Part shown: one piece after another, positions 1 to 6,999 of the stretch
How positions within the stretch are numbered: position 1 is the stretch's first letter
Layout: every line of letters starts with the position of its first letter
Assembly (NCBI GenBank): GCA_021108315.1
Contig: JAIORE010000337.1
Coordinates: 1 to 24,378, forward strand
Direction: 5' to 3'
DNA length: 24,378 nucleotides
Origin: Candidatus Cloacimonadota bacterium
Lineage (GTDB): Bacteria > Cloacimonadota > Cloacimonadia > Cloacimonadales > TCS61
Notes under the pieces: model-generated
Seen by the model: only the letters and a program-made list of their open reading frames with translations
Told to the model about the DNA's origin: nothing
Databases searched by the model: none
Translations under genes and position numbers: made by a program

Positions 1-14
1 GTTATTGTATTTTT

Positions 15-656
15 TTATAAATATTTATACTCGTTTTTAACTTCGTAAAGTAGAACTAAAGAATGTTCTAAATTCCCAGATTTAAAATATAGTTCCGCTA
101 AATGATTGTATGAGCGTGCTAAACCTAAAAAATTTTCAATTGATTTTTGAATGCCGATACTTTCTTGCAAGATATTTATAGCTTTTGAAAAATTTCCAAG
201 TTTTGTATAAATATTTCCAAAATTTCCTAACATTCCGGCAATCGCTTCCAGATCATTCAATTCTCGGATAATTTTTAAAGATATTTCAAAAAATTGAAGT
301 GTTTTTTTTAAATTTCCGGTTTGATAATATTTGTAAGCATACCAATTACACCATCGCCATAATTTATCTTGAAGAGAATTGTTACGCATAATATCCAGTG
401 CTTCCATACAAAGTTCATCAGATTTTTAATATTTTTCTTTCAAAAAATAATAATGAGCAATTCCCATTATTGCTTTTGCTTCACTGAATTTATCACCGAT
501 TTGTACTGCTATATTTTTTGCTTCCTGATTAATTTTAAAGGCTGTTTCAGAAGATTCTTGGATTGTTTCTGTGGCAAATTTCAACATTGCTTCTAATTTT
601 TTTACACCATCAGAGTCTTTTATGTTATTTTGAAATTCTTTATAATCAATCATCAT
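15..656 (-). pseudogene. TPR-repeat protein: single reading frame (ATG 656..654, stop 17..15) interrupted by one in-frame TAA at 428..426
   Basis: Track ORFs 426..656 and 15..407 lie in the same frame (428-407=21). Translation reads ...AHYYFLKEKY*KSDELCMEALDIM... with TPR-like helix periodicity on both sides. No ribosome-binding site precedes the downstream ATG at 407. A GAGG ribosome-binding site precedes the ATG at 656. Confidence 0.5.
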
Positions 657-912
657 ACCTCACTGGGTGAATCAGATAATCTGAGCATTTATAGTCAATA
701 AAACTTTTTACAGATGTGAATAAAACAAATTTTTGATGTTACTTTTTGTTTTCTTTTTTTCGTGTCTTGAGCTTCGCAGGTCTCCGTTTCACTTCGGCTC
801 GTGCTTTCCGTGGTTCCATCTTTTTCAGATTATCTGGGCTAGGCTCGTTTGATTGTATTTATTTATAGATAACTTAATTAATCCTTGCCAAATGTATTTC
901 ATTTTAATTTTT

Positions 913-921
913 TGATATATT
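913..921 (+). promoter_or_regulatory. Candidate extended -10 promoter element (TGaTATATT) for the nfeD-flotillin operon
   Basis: TG at 913-914, one nt, then TATATT at 916-921, about 32 nt upstream of ATG 953. No convincing -35 element. Sequence-only guess. Confidence 0.25.
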
Positions 922-952
922 AATTTTAACTAAACTCTTTTCTGGAGATTTC

Positions 953-1498
953 ATGGAAAATTTATTTTGGATTTTTGCTATCACAGGTTCAGTTGTTCTC
1001 ATAATTCAACTCATTTTATTTTTAATCGGGGCTGGTGGTGATGAAGATACGGATTTTGATTCTGAAATGGATGGTGATAATGATTTTGATGTAGGTTCAT
1101 CTTTCCCATTTTTTACATTTAAATCTTTGGTTGGTTTTATTGGTGGATTTGGCTGGTCTGGCATTATAGCAATGGAACAAACAGAATCAAACTTAATTAT
1201 TTTTGGGTCAAGTATTTTTACAGGAATTGTTTTTGCACTTATCGTATCTTCTTTATTATTTATGATTAGCAAATTGAAGCATTCTGGAAATATAAAAATT
1301 CGAAATGCTATGAACAAAACAGGTGATGTTTATCTTCCCATACCGGGAGAATCAAAAGGAACGGGTATAGTCCAAGTTGTTGTTCAAGATACTCTTACAG
1401 ATTTTAAGGCATTAACTCGGGGAGAATCAATCAAAACAGGTTCTCGAATTAAAGTGATGTCTATTGAAGGAAATGTATTAATTGTAGAAAAAATATAA
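953..1498 (+). CDS. nfeD: NfeD-like membrane protein (short form, YuaF/YqiJ-like): three TM helices plus a C-terminal OB-fold beta-barrel
   Basis: GGAG ribosome-binding site 6 nt upstream of the ATG. N-terminal hydrophobic helices and an acidic loop GGDEDTDFDSEMDGDNDFDVG. C-terminal GDVYLPIPGESKGTGIVQVVV...IKVMSIEGNVLIVEKI is typical of the NfeD OB domain. Sits immediately upstream of a flotillin gene, the canonical pairing. Confidence 0.8.
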   Translation: MENLFWIFAITGSVVLIIQLILFLIGAGGDEDTDFDSEMDGDNDFDVGSSFPFFTFKSLVGFIGGFGWSGIIAMEQTESNLIIFGSSIFTGIVFALIVSSLLFMISKLKHSGNIKIRNAMNKTGDVYLPIPGESKGTGIVQVVVQDTLTDFKALTRGESIKTGSRIKVMSIEGNVLIVEKI

Positions 1499-1508
1499 GG
1501 AGAAAATT

Positions 1509-3137
1509 ATGGCTTTTTTTGGTGATATTAATCCTGCGTTAGTTGGTTTGATCGTTTTTTTTGTAGTACTTTTGTTTTCTGTAATTATTGGTGCTTTTAC
1601 CAGATACAAGAAGTGTCCTTCTGATAAAATACTGGTAATTTTTGGAAAAATTCAGAAAGAAACTTCTGCAAAGTGTATTCATGGTGGAGCAGCATTTGTT
1701 TGGCCCCTAATTCAAGACTTTAAATATCTTGATCTGAAACCAATGTCAATAGAAGTAAATCTGACAAATGCCCTTAGTAAACAGAATATTCGAGTTGATG
1801 TTCCATCACGCTTTACAGTAGGTATTTCAACTGAAATTGGAGTAATGGAGAAAGCAGCAGAACGTGTTTTGGGTTTAACTCATAGAGAAATTATTGAACT
1901 TAGCAAGGACATTCTTTTTGGACAACTTCGTTTGGTTATAGCCACAATGGATATCGAAGAGATCAATACAGACCGTGATAAATTCCTCATAAACGTAAGT
2001 AATAATGTGGAAGCGGAATTGAAAAAAATCGGTTTGAAACTAATCAATGTAAATGTTACAGATATTCGCGATGAATCCGGCTATATTGAAGCTCTTGGTA
2101 AAGAAGCTGCTGCCAAAGCGATTAACGATGCCAAAGTCTCGGTGGCAGAACGCACCAGAGATGGCTCTATCGGTGCTGCTGACGCTACAAAAGAAGAAAA
2201 TATTCAGGTTTCTATTGCAACTACACTTGCCGAAAGAGGAGTTGCCGAAGCGGAAAGTAAAAAAAGAATTGCTGTTGCAGATGCAGATGCTCTTGCCAAA
2301 ATTGGAGAAGCTAACGCTAAAAAAGATGAAGATATCAGTATTTCCCGAGCAGAATCAAATGCTAAACAAGGAATGGCTGCTGCCGAAAGTGAAAAACGCA
2401 TCAAAGTAGCAGAACTAAATGCTACTGCTATTGAAGGAGAAAATATTTCCAGAATTCATATTGCAGAATCTGAATCTGAAAAAAATACTAAGAAATCTCA
2501 GGCTGATAATAGAGCTATTGCAGCAGAACGAATAGCTGTTTCAGAAGCAGAAAAATTAGGTTATGAAGCCAAAAAAATAGCCGAGAAAGAAAGAGCAGAG
2601 ATGGAAAAAATGACCAGAAAAGCAGACATTATTGTTTCGGCTGAAATCGAAAAAGAAAAAGTAGAAATTGAGGCTGCTGCTATTGCTCAAAAGGAAAGAT
2701 TAATCGCACAGGGTAAAGCTGATGCACGACTTAAAGAGATGCAAGCTGAAGCCTTGGGACTATATCAAATTTTAGAGAAAAAAGCAAACGGTTTTCAGCA
2801 ACTGGTTAATGCAGCCGGAGATAGCTCCGAAATGGCAATTAAAATGCTCCTAGCAGAACAAATGACTGAGCTGGTAGGAATCCAATCAAAAGCAATTTCA
2901 GAAATGAAGATTGACCAAGTAACTGTTTGGAGTAACGGAAAAGATGATTCTTCTGTATCAGGTTATGTTCATGATCTGTTTAAAGTATTACCTCCATTGA
3001 AAGATATTTTGGATATGAAAGGAATGGGATTACCAGATTTCATTGCAAAAAATTTGCAACCTGATGAAAAAAAGAAGAAAGTCGAAACTGAAAAAATAGA
3101 AGATGAAGTTATTGACACTGATAAGGATATATTTTAA
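1509..3137 (+). CDS. floT: Flotillin-like SPFH/band-7 protein (FloT/YqiK family) with a long Glu/Ala-rich coiled-coil region
   Basis: AGGAG ribosome-binding site. N-terminal TM helix, then an SPFH domain, then extended EA-repeat region (AEAESKKRIAVADADALAKIGEANAKKDED...). C-terminal GYVHDLFKVLPPL tail. 10-bp gap after nfeD. Confidence 0.85.
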   Translation: MAFFGDINPALVGLIVFFVVLLFSVIIGAFTRYKKCPSDKILVIFGKIQKETSAKCIHGGAAFVWPLIQDFKYLDLKPMSIEVNLTNALSKQNIRVDVPSRFTVGISTEIGVMEKAAERVLGLTHREIIELSKDILFGQLRLVIATMDIEEINTDRDKFLINVSNNVEAELKKIGLKLINVNVTDIRDESGYIEALGKEAAAKAINDAKVSVAERTRDGSIGAADATKEENIQVSIATTLAERGVAEAESKKRIAVADADALAKIGEANAKKDEDISISRAESNAKQGMAAAESEKRIKVAELNATAIEGENISRIHIAESESEKNTKKSQADNRAIAAERIAVSEAEKLGYEAKKIAEKERAEMEKMTRKADIIVSAEIEKEKVEIEAAAIAQKERLIAQGKADARLKEMQAEALGLYQILEKKANGFQQLVNAAGDSSEMAIKMLLAEQMTELVGIQSKAISEMKIDQVTVWSNGKDDSSVSGYVHDLFKVLPPLKDILDMKGMGLPDFIAKNLQPDEKKKKVETEKIEDEVIDTDKDIF

Positions 3138-3161
3138 ATAAAATTTTTATTATACAATTTT

Positions 3162-3192
3162 AACCGATGAGTATTCCTTGTCGGTTTTTTAT
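3162..3192 (+). terminator. Rho-independent terminator of the nfeD-flotillin operon
   Basis: Stem AACCGA (3162-3167) pairs with TCGGTT (3181-3186), followed by TTTTTTATTTT. Lies 25 nt after the flotillin stop. Confidence 0.55.
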
Positions 3193-3219
3193 TTTCTTAG
3201 AAAAAAACATGGAGAAACA

Positions 3220-3456
3220 ATGCCAAAATACAAAAAACTGGAGCTTGAAAAAGAATTCCAAGACGAAGCAATCAAAGATATAAAAAAGTTCTTTTGGAAT
3301 GAACGTGACGAAGAAATTGGTGATCTTGCTGCTATTTTACTTTTAGATTTTTTTGCAGATAAACTTGCTCCTGTTTTTTACAATCACGGGATTAAAGATG
3401 CAATTGCTTTTCTGAATGAAACAGCGGATGATATGTATGGTTTGGAGATATTGTAG
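3220..3456 (+). CDS. DUF2164-like small protein (78 aa)
   Basis: GGAG ribosome-binding site at 3211-3214, 5 nt before ATG 3220. The track start at 3178 lies inside the upstream terminator hairpin and is rejected. Motif IGDLAAILLLDFFADKLAPVFYNHGIKDAIAF resembles the conserved LLDFF...FYN.G..DA core of DUF2164 proteins. Recognised from memory, not searched. Confidence 0.55.
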   Translation: MPKYKKLELEKEFQDEAIKDIKKFFWNERDEEIGDLAAILLLDFFADKLAPVFYNHGIKDAIAFLNETADDMYGLEIL

Positions 3457-3714
3457 ATAATTTAGCAACGAACAAAACCAACCAAACGAACAATAATATT
3501 AAACCCTCCAGTACAGTCATTCTTCTTTACGGGACAAGCAAAGAACACGGAGAGCACGAAAAATTCCCATCTTGAGAGGAGTACGGCTTTAGCCGGGAGG
3601 TGTGTTATTTTTTCTCTTTTCCCTTCATCATTGGATATTCCGTGTTGAATATTGATATTTATTTTTTAGCGTACTTAGCGGCTTTGCGGTAAATATTTCT
3701 TAAAAGAGGATAAT

Positions 3715-4218
3715 ATGGATATAATGGCTCATTCGCTCTGGTCTTTAGTTTTACTTCCCGGAAAACCGACAATTGCAAAAGTTGCCCTCGGTATTGCCCC
3801 GGATGTTGTTGTTTTTGCCTTGAGTTTATCTAAACAAGCAATAAAAGGTAAAATGCAACCCGGCTTCAAAACCAGAACCAAGATGATGAATTGGTATCAT
3901 CGGAAAGAAAACAAATGGGTGCTAAATCTGTATAAATATACTCATTCACTTGTAATCTGGACAGCAGTAATTTTACCAATTTTCCTATATTTTTATTTTG
4001 TCCGAAATATAATTCCGTGGTTTCTCTTGGCTGCACCAATTCATATTTTGATGGACATTCCCACTCATGATAATAATTCTTTTCCGGTGCAATTCCTCAC
4101 CCCTTTTTCAAAAGTTAGAATTAATGGAATGCATTGGTCAAAACCTTTGATTTTTATTGGAAATTATGTTTTGATAATTGCTGTGTTTTATTTTCGCTTG
4201 TTTGTGATAAGGAAATAA
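3715..4218 (+). CDS. YdjM/DUF457-like inner-membrane metal-dependent hydrolase family protein
   Basis: AAGAGGA ribosome-binding site 5 nt upstream. Multi-pass membrane protein. His-containing motifs AHSLWS, YTHSL and HILMDIPTHD are positioned like the GHLL, FTHSL and HILADMLTP motifs of E. coli YdjM. Confidence 0.5.
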   Translation: MDIMAHSLWSLVLLPGKPTIAKVALGIAPDVVVFALSLSKQAIKGKMQPGFKTRTKMMNWYHRKENKWVLNLYKYTHSLVIWTAVILPIFLYFYFVRNIIPWFLLAAPIHILMDIPTHDNNSFPVQFLTPFSKVRINGMHWSKPLIFIGNYVLIIAVFYFRLFVIRK

Positions 4219-4263
4219 GAATTTAATTGATTTTATAAATTATTTTGGCCCAAAATATGAAAA

Positions 4264-4611
4264 CTACTTTAATTTATACCGCGCTTTATCAGCAAAAAAA
4301 TCCATAACCCAAGTGCGTTTGGTAAACGAAGCAGAATGCACAACCCCTTCCGGAATAAAATATGAATCACCTTTTTTATATATTTTTGTAACTCCGGCAA
4401 TAGTAAATTGCATTTCACCTTCTAAAACTGTTCCCCACTGAGCACAATGTGAATGTTTCGGCACTACTCCAACCGGCTCAATATCAAAAAAAACTATTTG
4501 ATGTTCTTCTCCTTGGGATATCCAACCTTGAATTCCTTCAAAACTAATATCAGCTTCCGGTAAGTTTCTAATCAGATCTGGGAAAAAATCTTTTTTGGTT
4601 ACTTTGTCCAT
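4264..4611 (-). CDS. Small cupin-domain protein (115 aa)
   Basis: Cupin motif 1 PKHSHCAQWGTVLEGE and motif 2 GDSYFIPEGVVHSASF. AAGGAG ribosome-binding site 7 nt upstream of the ATG. Confidence 0.75.
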   Translation of the reverse strand: MDKVTKKDFFPDLIRNLPEADISFEGIQGWISQGEEHQIVFFDIEPVGVVPKHSHCAQWGTVLEGEMQFTIAGVTKIYKKGDSYFIPEGVVHSASFTKRTWVMDFFADKARYKLK

Positions 4612-4645
4612 TATTCATCTCCTTTTCTAGTTTAACTTCATTTGC

Positions 4646-4674
4646 TTATAATAAGTTGCTTCAATTTTGGTCAA
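4646..4674 (-). promoter_or_regulatory. Candidate sigma70-type promoter for the cupin gene
   Basis: On the minus strand: TTGACC (4674..4669), 17 nt spacer, TTATAA (4651..4646). The -10 hexamer lies about 35 nt upstream of the cupin ATG. Confidence 0.35.
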
Positions 4675-4723
4675 GCTGAAAAATATTATGGCTCATGTTT
4701 GGAAATATTTCTTCTTTTGGTAA

Positions 4724-5911
4724 TCATTTAATCTTTAGCTTCTGATAATCAAATTCTTTATGTTCAAGAACAACTTTCCTTAGAAAATCAGTTAATTTTT
4801 TATTGCCAATAAGTTTTTCAAAGCCATTATTCTCAAAAAGATAGTAAATTTTATTTTCAATATCATTGTAATTTATTGATCGTCTTCTATTGAAATATTT
4901 TTTCTCTTCTTTTAGCCAACCTGCAAATTTATGATAAGCAGATTTCAATCTTTTTATTGAAATGTTTCTCCGAGAATATAGTTTTATCATATGTGACAAA
5001 AGAATAAATATTTCATCATATATTGCGAACTTGTTATGATAAATATAATGTGGAACTTCTTCGTTTAATCCAGATTCTGCAATTATTTTTTCAGCTAATA
5101 TGAACTTTTCTCTGCGATAATCATAAACTGGTATTCCTGAGCGAAGTTCATTGGAATACAATTGTTCATATTCAGAAAACAGCTCGGGATAATGCTGTTT
5201 TATCTCATTCATAAAAATATCTTTCTGTTTTCCCGGTCGAAGTGTTAGAAGTCCCGGCAATACATAATCTACTTTGATCTCTTTCAGCTTTTCCATAAGA
5301 TTGTGAATGTTTTCCTCATTATCAGAAATATGTGGCAAAAAAGGCATTGCGAGAACACCAGTGGAAATATTTTCATTTTTAAATAATTCCAGAGTTGCTA
5401 ATCTTTCTTCAACTGTGCTTGCTCCCGGTTCAAAAATCTTTCTGTGTTTATCATCTGTAAAAGTGAGAGACATCACTAATGTAAATCCATTTTTCTTATT
5501 TAATTGCTTCCAAATATCCAAATCCCTTTCTACCAAAGAAGATTTTGTCATTACGCATACTGGAAAATTGTGTTCTAATAAGATTTTAGCAGATTTTCTC
5601 ATCAACATCTCTTCTGATTCAACAGGTTGGTAAGAATCACTGATACCAGAACCAATGATAATTGTACCAGGTTCACGTAATTTCGGAAGTTCAGAAGCTA
5701 AAATATGCGGGATATTTTCCCTCACGACAATATCTTTTTCGTAATCTCCTTCTACATGATATTTTTCAGCACGCCCATCACAATATTTGCAAGCATGTTC
5801 ACAAGCCATATATGGTGAAAAACTATATTTTGAGACAAAGTAAGAATCAGGAAGAATACTTTTCCTAATAGCCTTTTTTACATCTCTATAATGCTTAATT
5901 ATTTTAGTCAT
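4724..5911 (-). CDS. Radical SAM protein, COG1533/SplB (DNA-photolyase-like) family. Start ambiguous: ATG 5911 or TTG 5938
   Basis: CxxxCxxC motif in MACEHACKYCDG near the N-terminus. No SPASM or twitch Cys cluster at the C-terminus. The track start at 5938 is TTG with no ribosome-binding site. The in-frame ATG at 5911 also lacks one. Confidence 0.65.
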   Translation of the reverse strand: MTKIIKHYRDVKKAIRKSILPDSYFVSKYSFSPYMACEHACKYCDGRAEKYHVEGDYEKDIVVRENIPHILASELPKLREPGTIIIGSGISDSYQPVESEEMLMRKSAKILLEHNFPVCVMTKSSLVERDLDIWKQLNKKNGFTLVMSLTFTDDKHRKIFEPGASTVEERLATLELFKNENISTGVLAMPFLPHISDNEENIHNLMEKLKEIKVDYVLPGLLTLRPGKQKDIFMNEIKQHYPELFSEYEQLYSNELRSGIPVYDYRREKFILAEKIIAESGLNEEVPHYIYHNKFAIYDEIFILLSHMIKLYSRRNISIKRLKSAYHKFAGWLKEEKKYFNRRRSINYNDIENKIYYLFENNGFEKLIGNKKLTDFLRKVVLEHKEFDYQKLKIK

Positions 5912-5991
5912 TTTGTTTTTAAATTTGATAAAATTCAACTTTTCTTTTTCAAATAATTATCTATTGCTATTCTTACATTATCCATCATTCA

Positions 5992-6930
5992 TTATTCATT
6001 AAAAAGAGTATGAACCGTAACTTCAGGTTTACAAAAAAATCTAACCGGGACTCCTGAACTACCTGCTCCTTTGGAAGTATAACCAAGCATATTTCCCTTT
6101 TTCCAAGTACCACTAGAATATTTTCTTAACGCTCTTGAACGTATAATTATTGGTTTGTTGTTTGGTAAACAAATTTGTCCTCCATGAGTATGTCCACAAA
6201 GGTAAATGTCGTAAAAAAAACTTGCCTCATAAATCACACGAGGAGAATGGTTTAAAAATATATTTAGTTCTTTATTGTTCAATTTATTGGAAATGTAAAA
6301 AAACTCAAGAGTTTTATAAGATTCTCTATAATTAAAACCTGTTATGAATATTTTAGCATCATTTTTCACTATTTCGATTGTTTCGTTACATATCATCTTT
6401 ATTCCAATTTCTTCCAAAGCAGGGATCATCTCTTTGCTATCATGGTTTCCCAGTATTCCATAAACACCATAATTAGCTTTTTGCAGGACTGGCGTTAATG
6501 TTTTCATCAAATTTATTGATTTTGAAGAGTCTTTTTCTGTTTTATGGTGGAAATCTCCTGTAATTAAACAAATATCAAAATCTGTGGATTCTATTTTCTT
6601 TCTCAGAACCTCTGCTAATTCCGGAATTAGGCATAAATGTAGATCTGATAAATGTAAAATATTGAAACCAGAAAAAACTTTCGGGATTTTTTTTGAAATG
6701 AATTGATTATAATTTACTTGAACATCCAGAGCATTTTCATAACCAATCTTATAAAGTTTTGTTACTTTTAAAAAAAATTTTAAAAATACAAAAGTAAAAG
6801 AAAATTTTTCAAACAGATAACTATTATTTGTCTTTTCACCAGTAGCTGTAGTTCTTTTTTCTATAAGATTAACAATATATTTTTCTATTCTCTTATTAAA
6901 TAAAGCAAATAATATCTGTATCTTCGTCAC
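5992..6930 (-). CDS. Calcineurin-like metallophosphoesterase (YkuE/YaeI-like, COG1408) with an N-terminal hydrophobic segment
   Basis: Motifs LHLSDLHL (D-x-H), ITGDFHH (GD), GILGNHD and CGHTHGGQ. Start is GTG at 6930..6928, preceded by GGAGATGGGAGAT. No in-frame ATG occurs before the catalytic motifs. Confidence 0.8.
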   Translation of the reverse strand: MTKIQILFALFNKRIEKYIVNLIEKRTTATGEKTNNSYLFEKFSFTFVFLKFFLKVTKLYKIGYENALDVQVNYNQFISKKIPKVFSGFNILHLSDLHLCLIPELAEVLRKKIESTDFDICLITGDFHHKTEKDSSKSINLMKTLTPVLQKANYGVYGILGNHDSKEMIPALEEIGIKMICNETIEIVKNDAKIFITGFNYRESYKTLEFFYISNKLNNKELNIFLNHSPRVIYEASFFYDIYLCGHTHGGQICLPNNKPIIIRSRALRKYSSGTWKKGNMLGYTSKGAGSSGVPVRFFCKPEVTVHTLFNE

Positions 6931-6999
6931 CTATCTCCCATCTCCTTTAACTTTCTTCCTTTTCCTTTTCCTTTTACCTTTTACCTTTCTCCTATTTCA
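6931..6999. repeat. Simple-sequence tract (CCTTTT/ACCTTTT)n on plus, a polypurine (AAAAGG)n leader on the minus-strand mRNA
   Basis: Plus strand reads ...ttccttttccttttccttttaccttttacctttctcc... It fills the 69-bp gap between the peptidase stop and the phosphoesterase start. The mRNA sense carries at least 6 ribosome-binding-site-like AAGG/AGGAG elements. Confidence 0.6.

Noticed and set aside
369-596. 75-aa plus-strand ORF antisense to the TPR gene
   Set aside because: Cys/Phe-rich low-complexity translation from an AT-rich antisense frame. No ribosome-binding site. Entirely overlapped by the better-supported TPR reading frame.
760-819. 26-aa highly basic minus-strand mini-ORF (MEPRKARAEVKRRPAKLKTRKKENKK) inside the GC-rich island
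   Set aside because: No ribosome-binding site. Its composition is just the consequence of reading a GC/purine-rich stretch, and it resembles no small ribosomal protein I know. Kept only as a remote possibility under the GC-island finding.
1006-1317. 103-aa minus-strand ORF antisense to nfeD
   Set aside because: Antisense to a well-supported membrane-protein gene. Low-complexity translation.
2053-2409. 118-aa plus-strand ORF and 66-aa minus-strand ORF (2204-2404) inside the flotillin gene
   Set aside because: Both lie within the GC-richer Glu/Ala-codon repeat region of the flotillin coiled coil. Alternative frames of GCn/GAA repeats stay open by chance. No ribosome-binding site, and low-complexity K/L/P-rich translation.
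4241-4257. Near-palindrome TATTTTGGCCCAAAATA between the convergent YdjM-like and cupin genes as a bidirectional terminator
   Set aside because: The stem is almost all A-T with a single G-C pair and a tiny loop. It is too weak to call a terminator with any confidence, though it sits where one would be expected.
5307-5868. Plus-strand ORFs (108 aa, 68 aa) antisense to the radical SAM gene
   Set aside because: Overlapped completely by the radical SAM CDS with its CxxxCxxC motif. No ribosome-binding sites.
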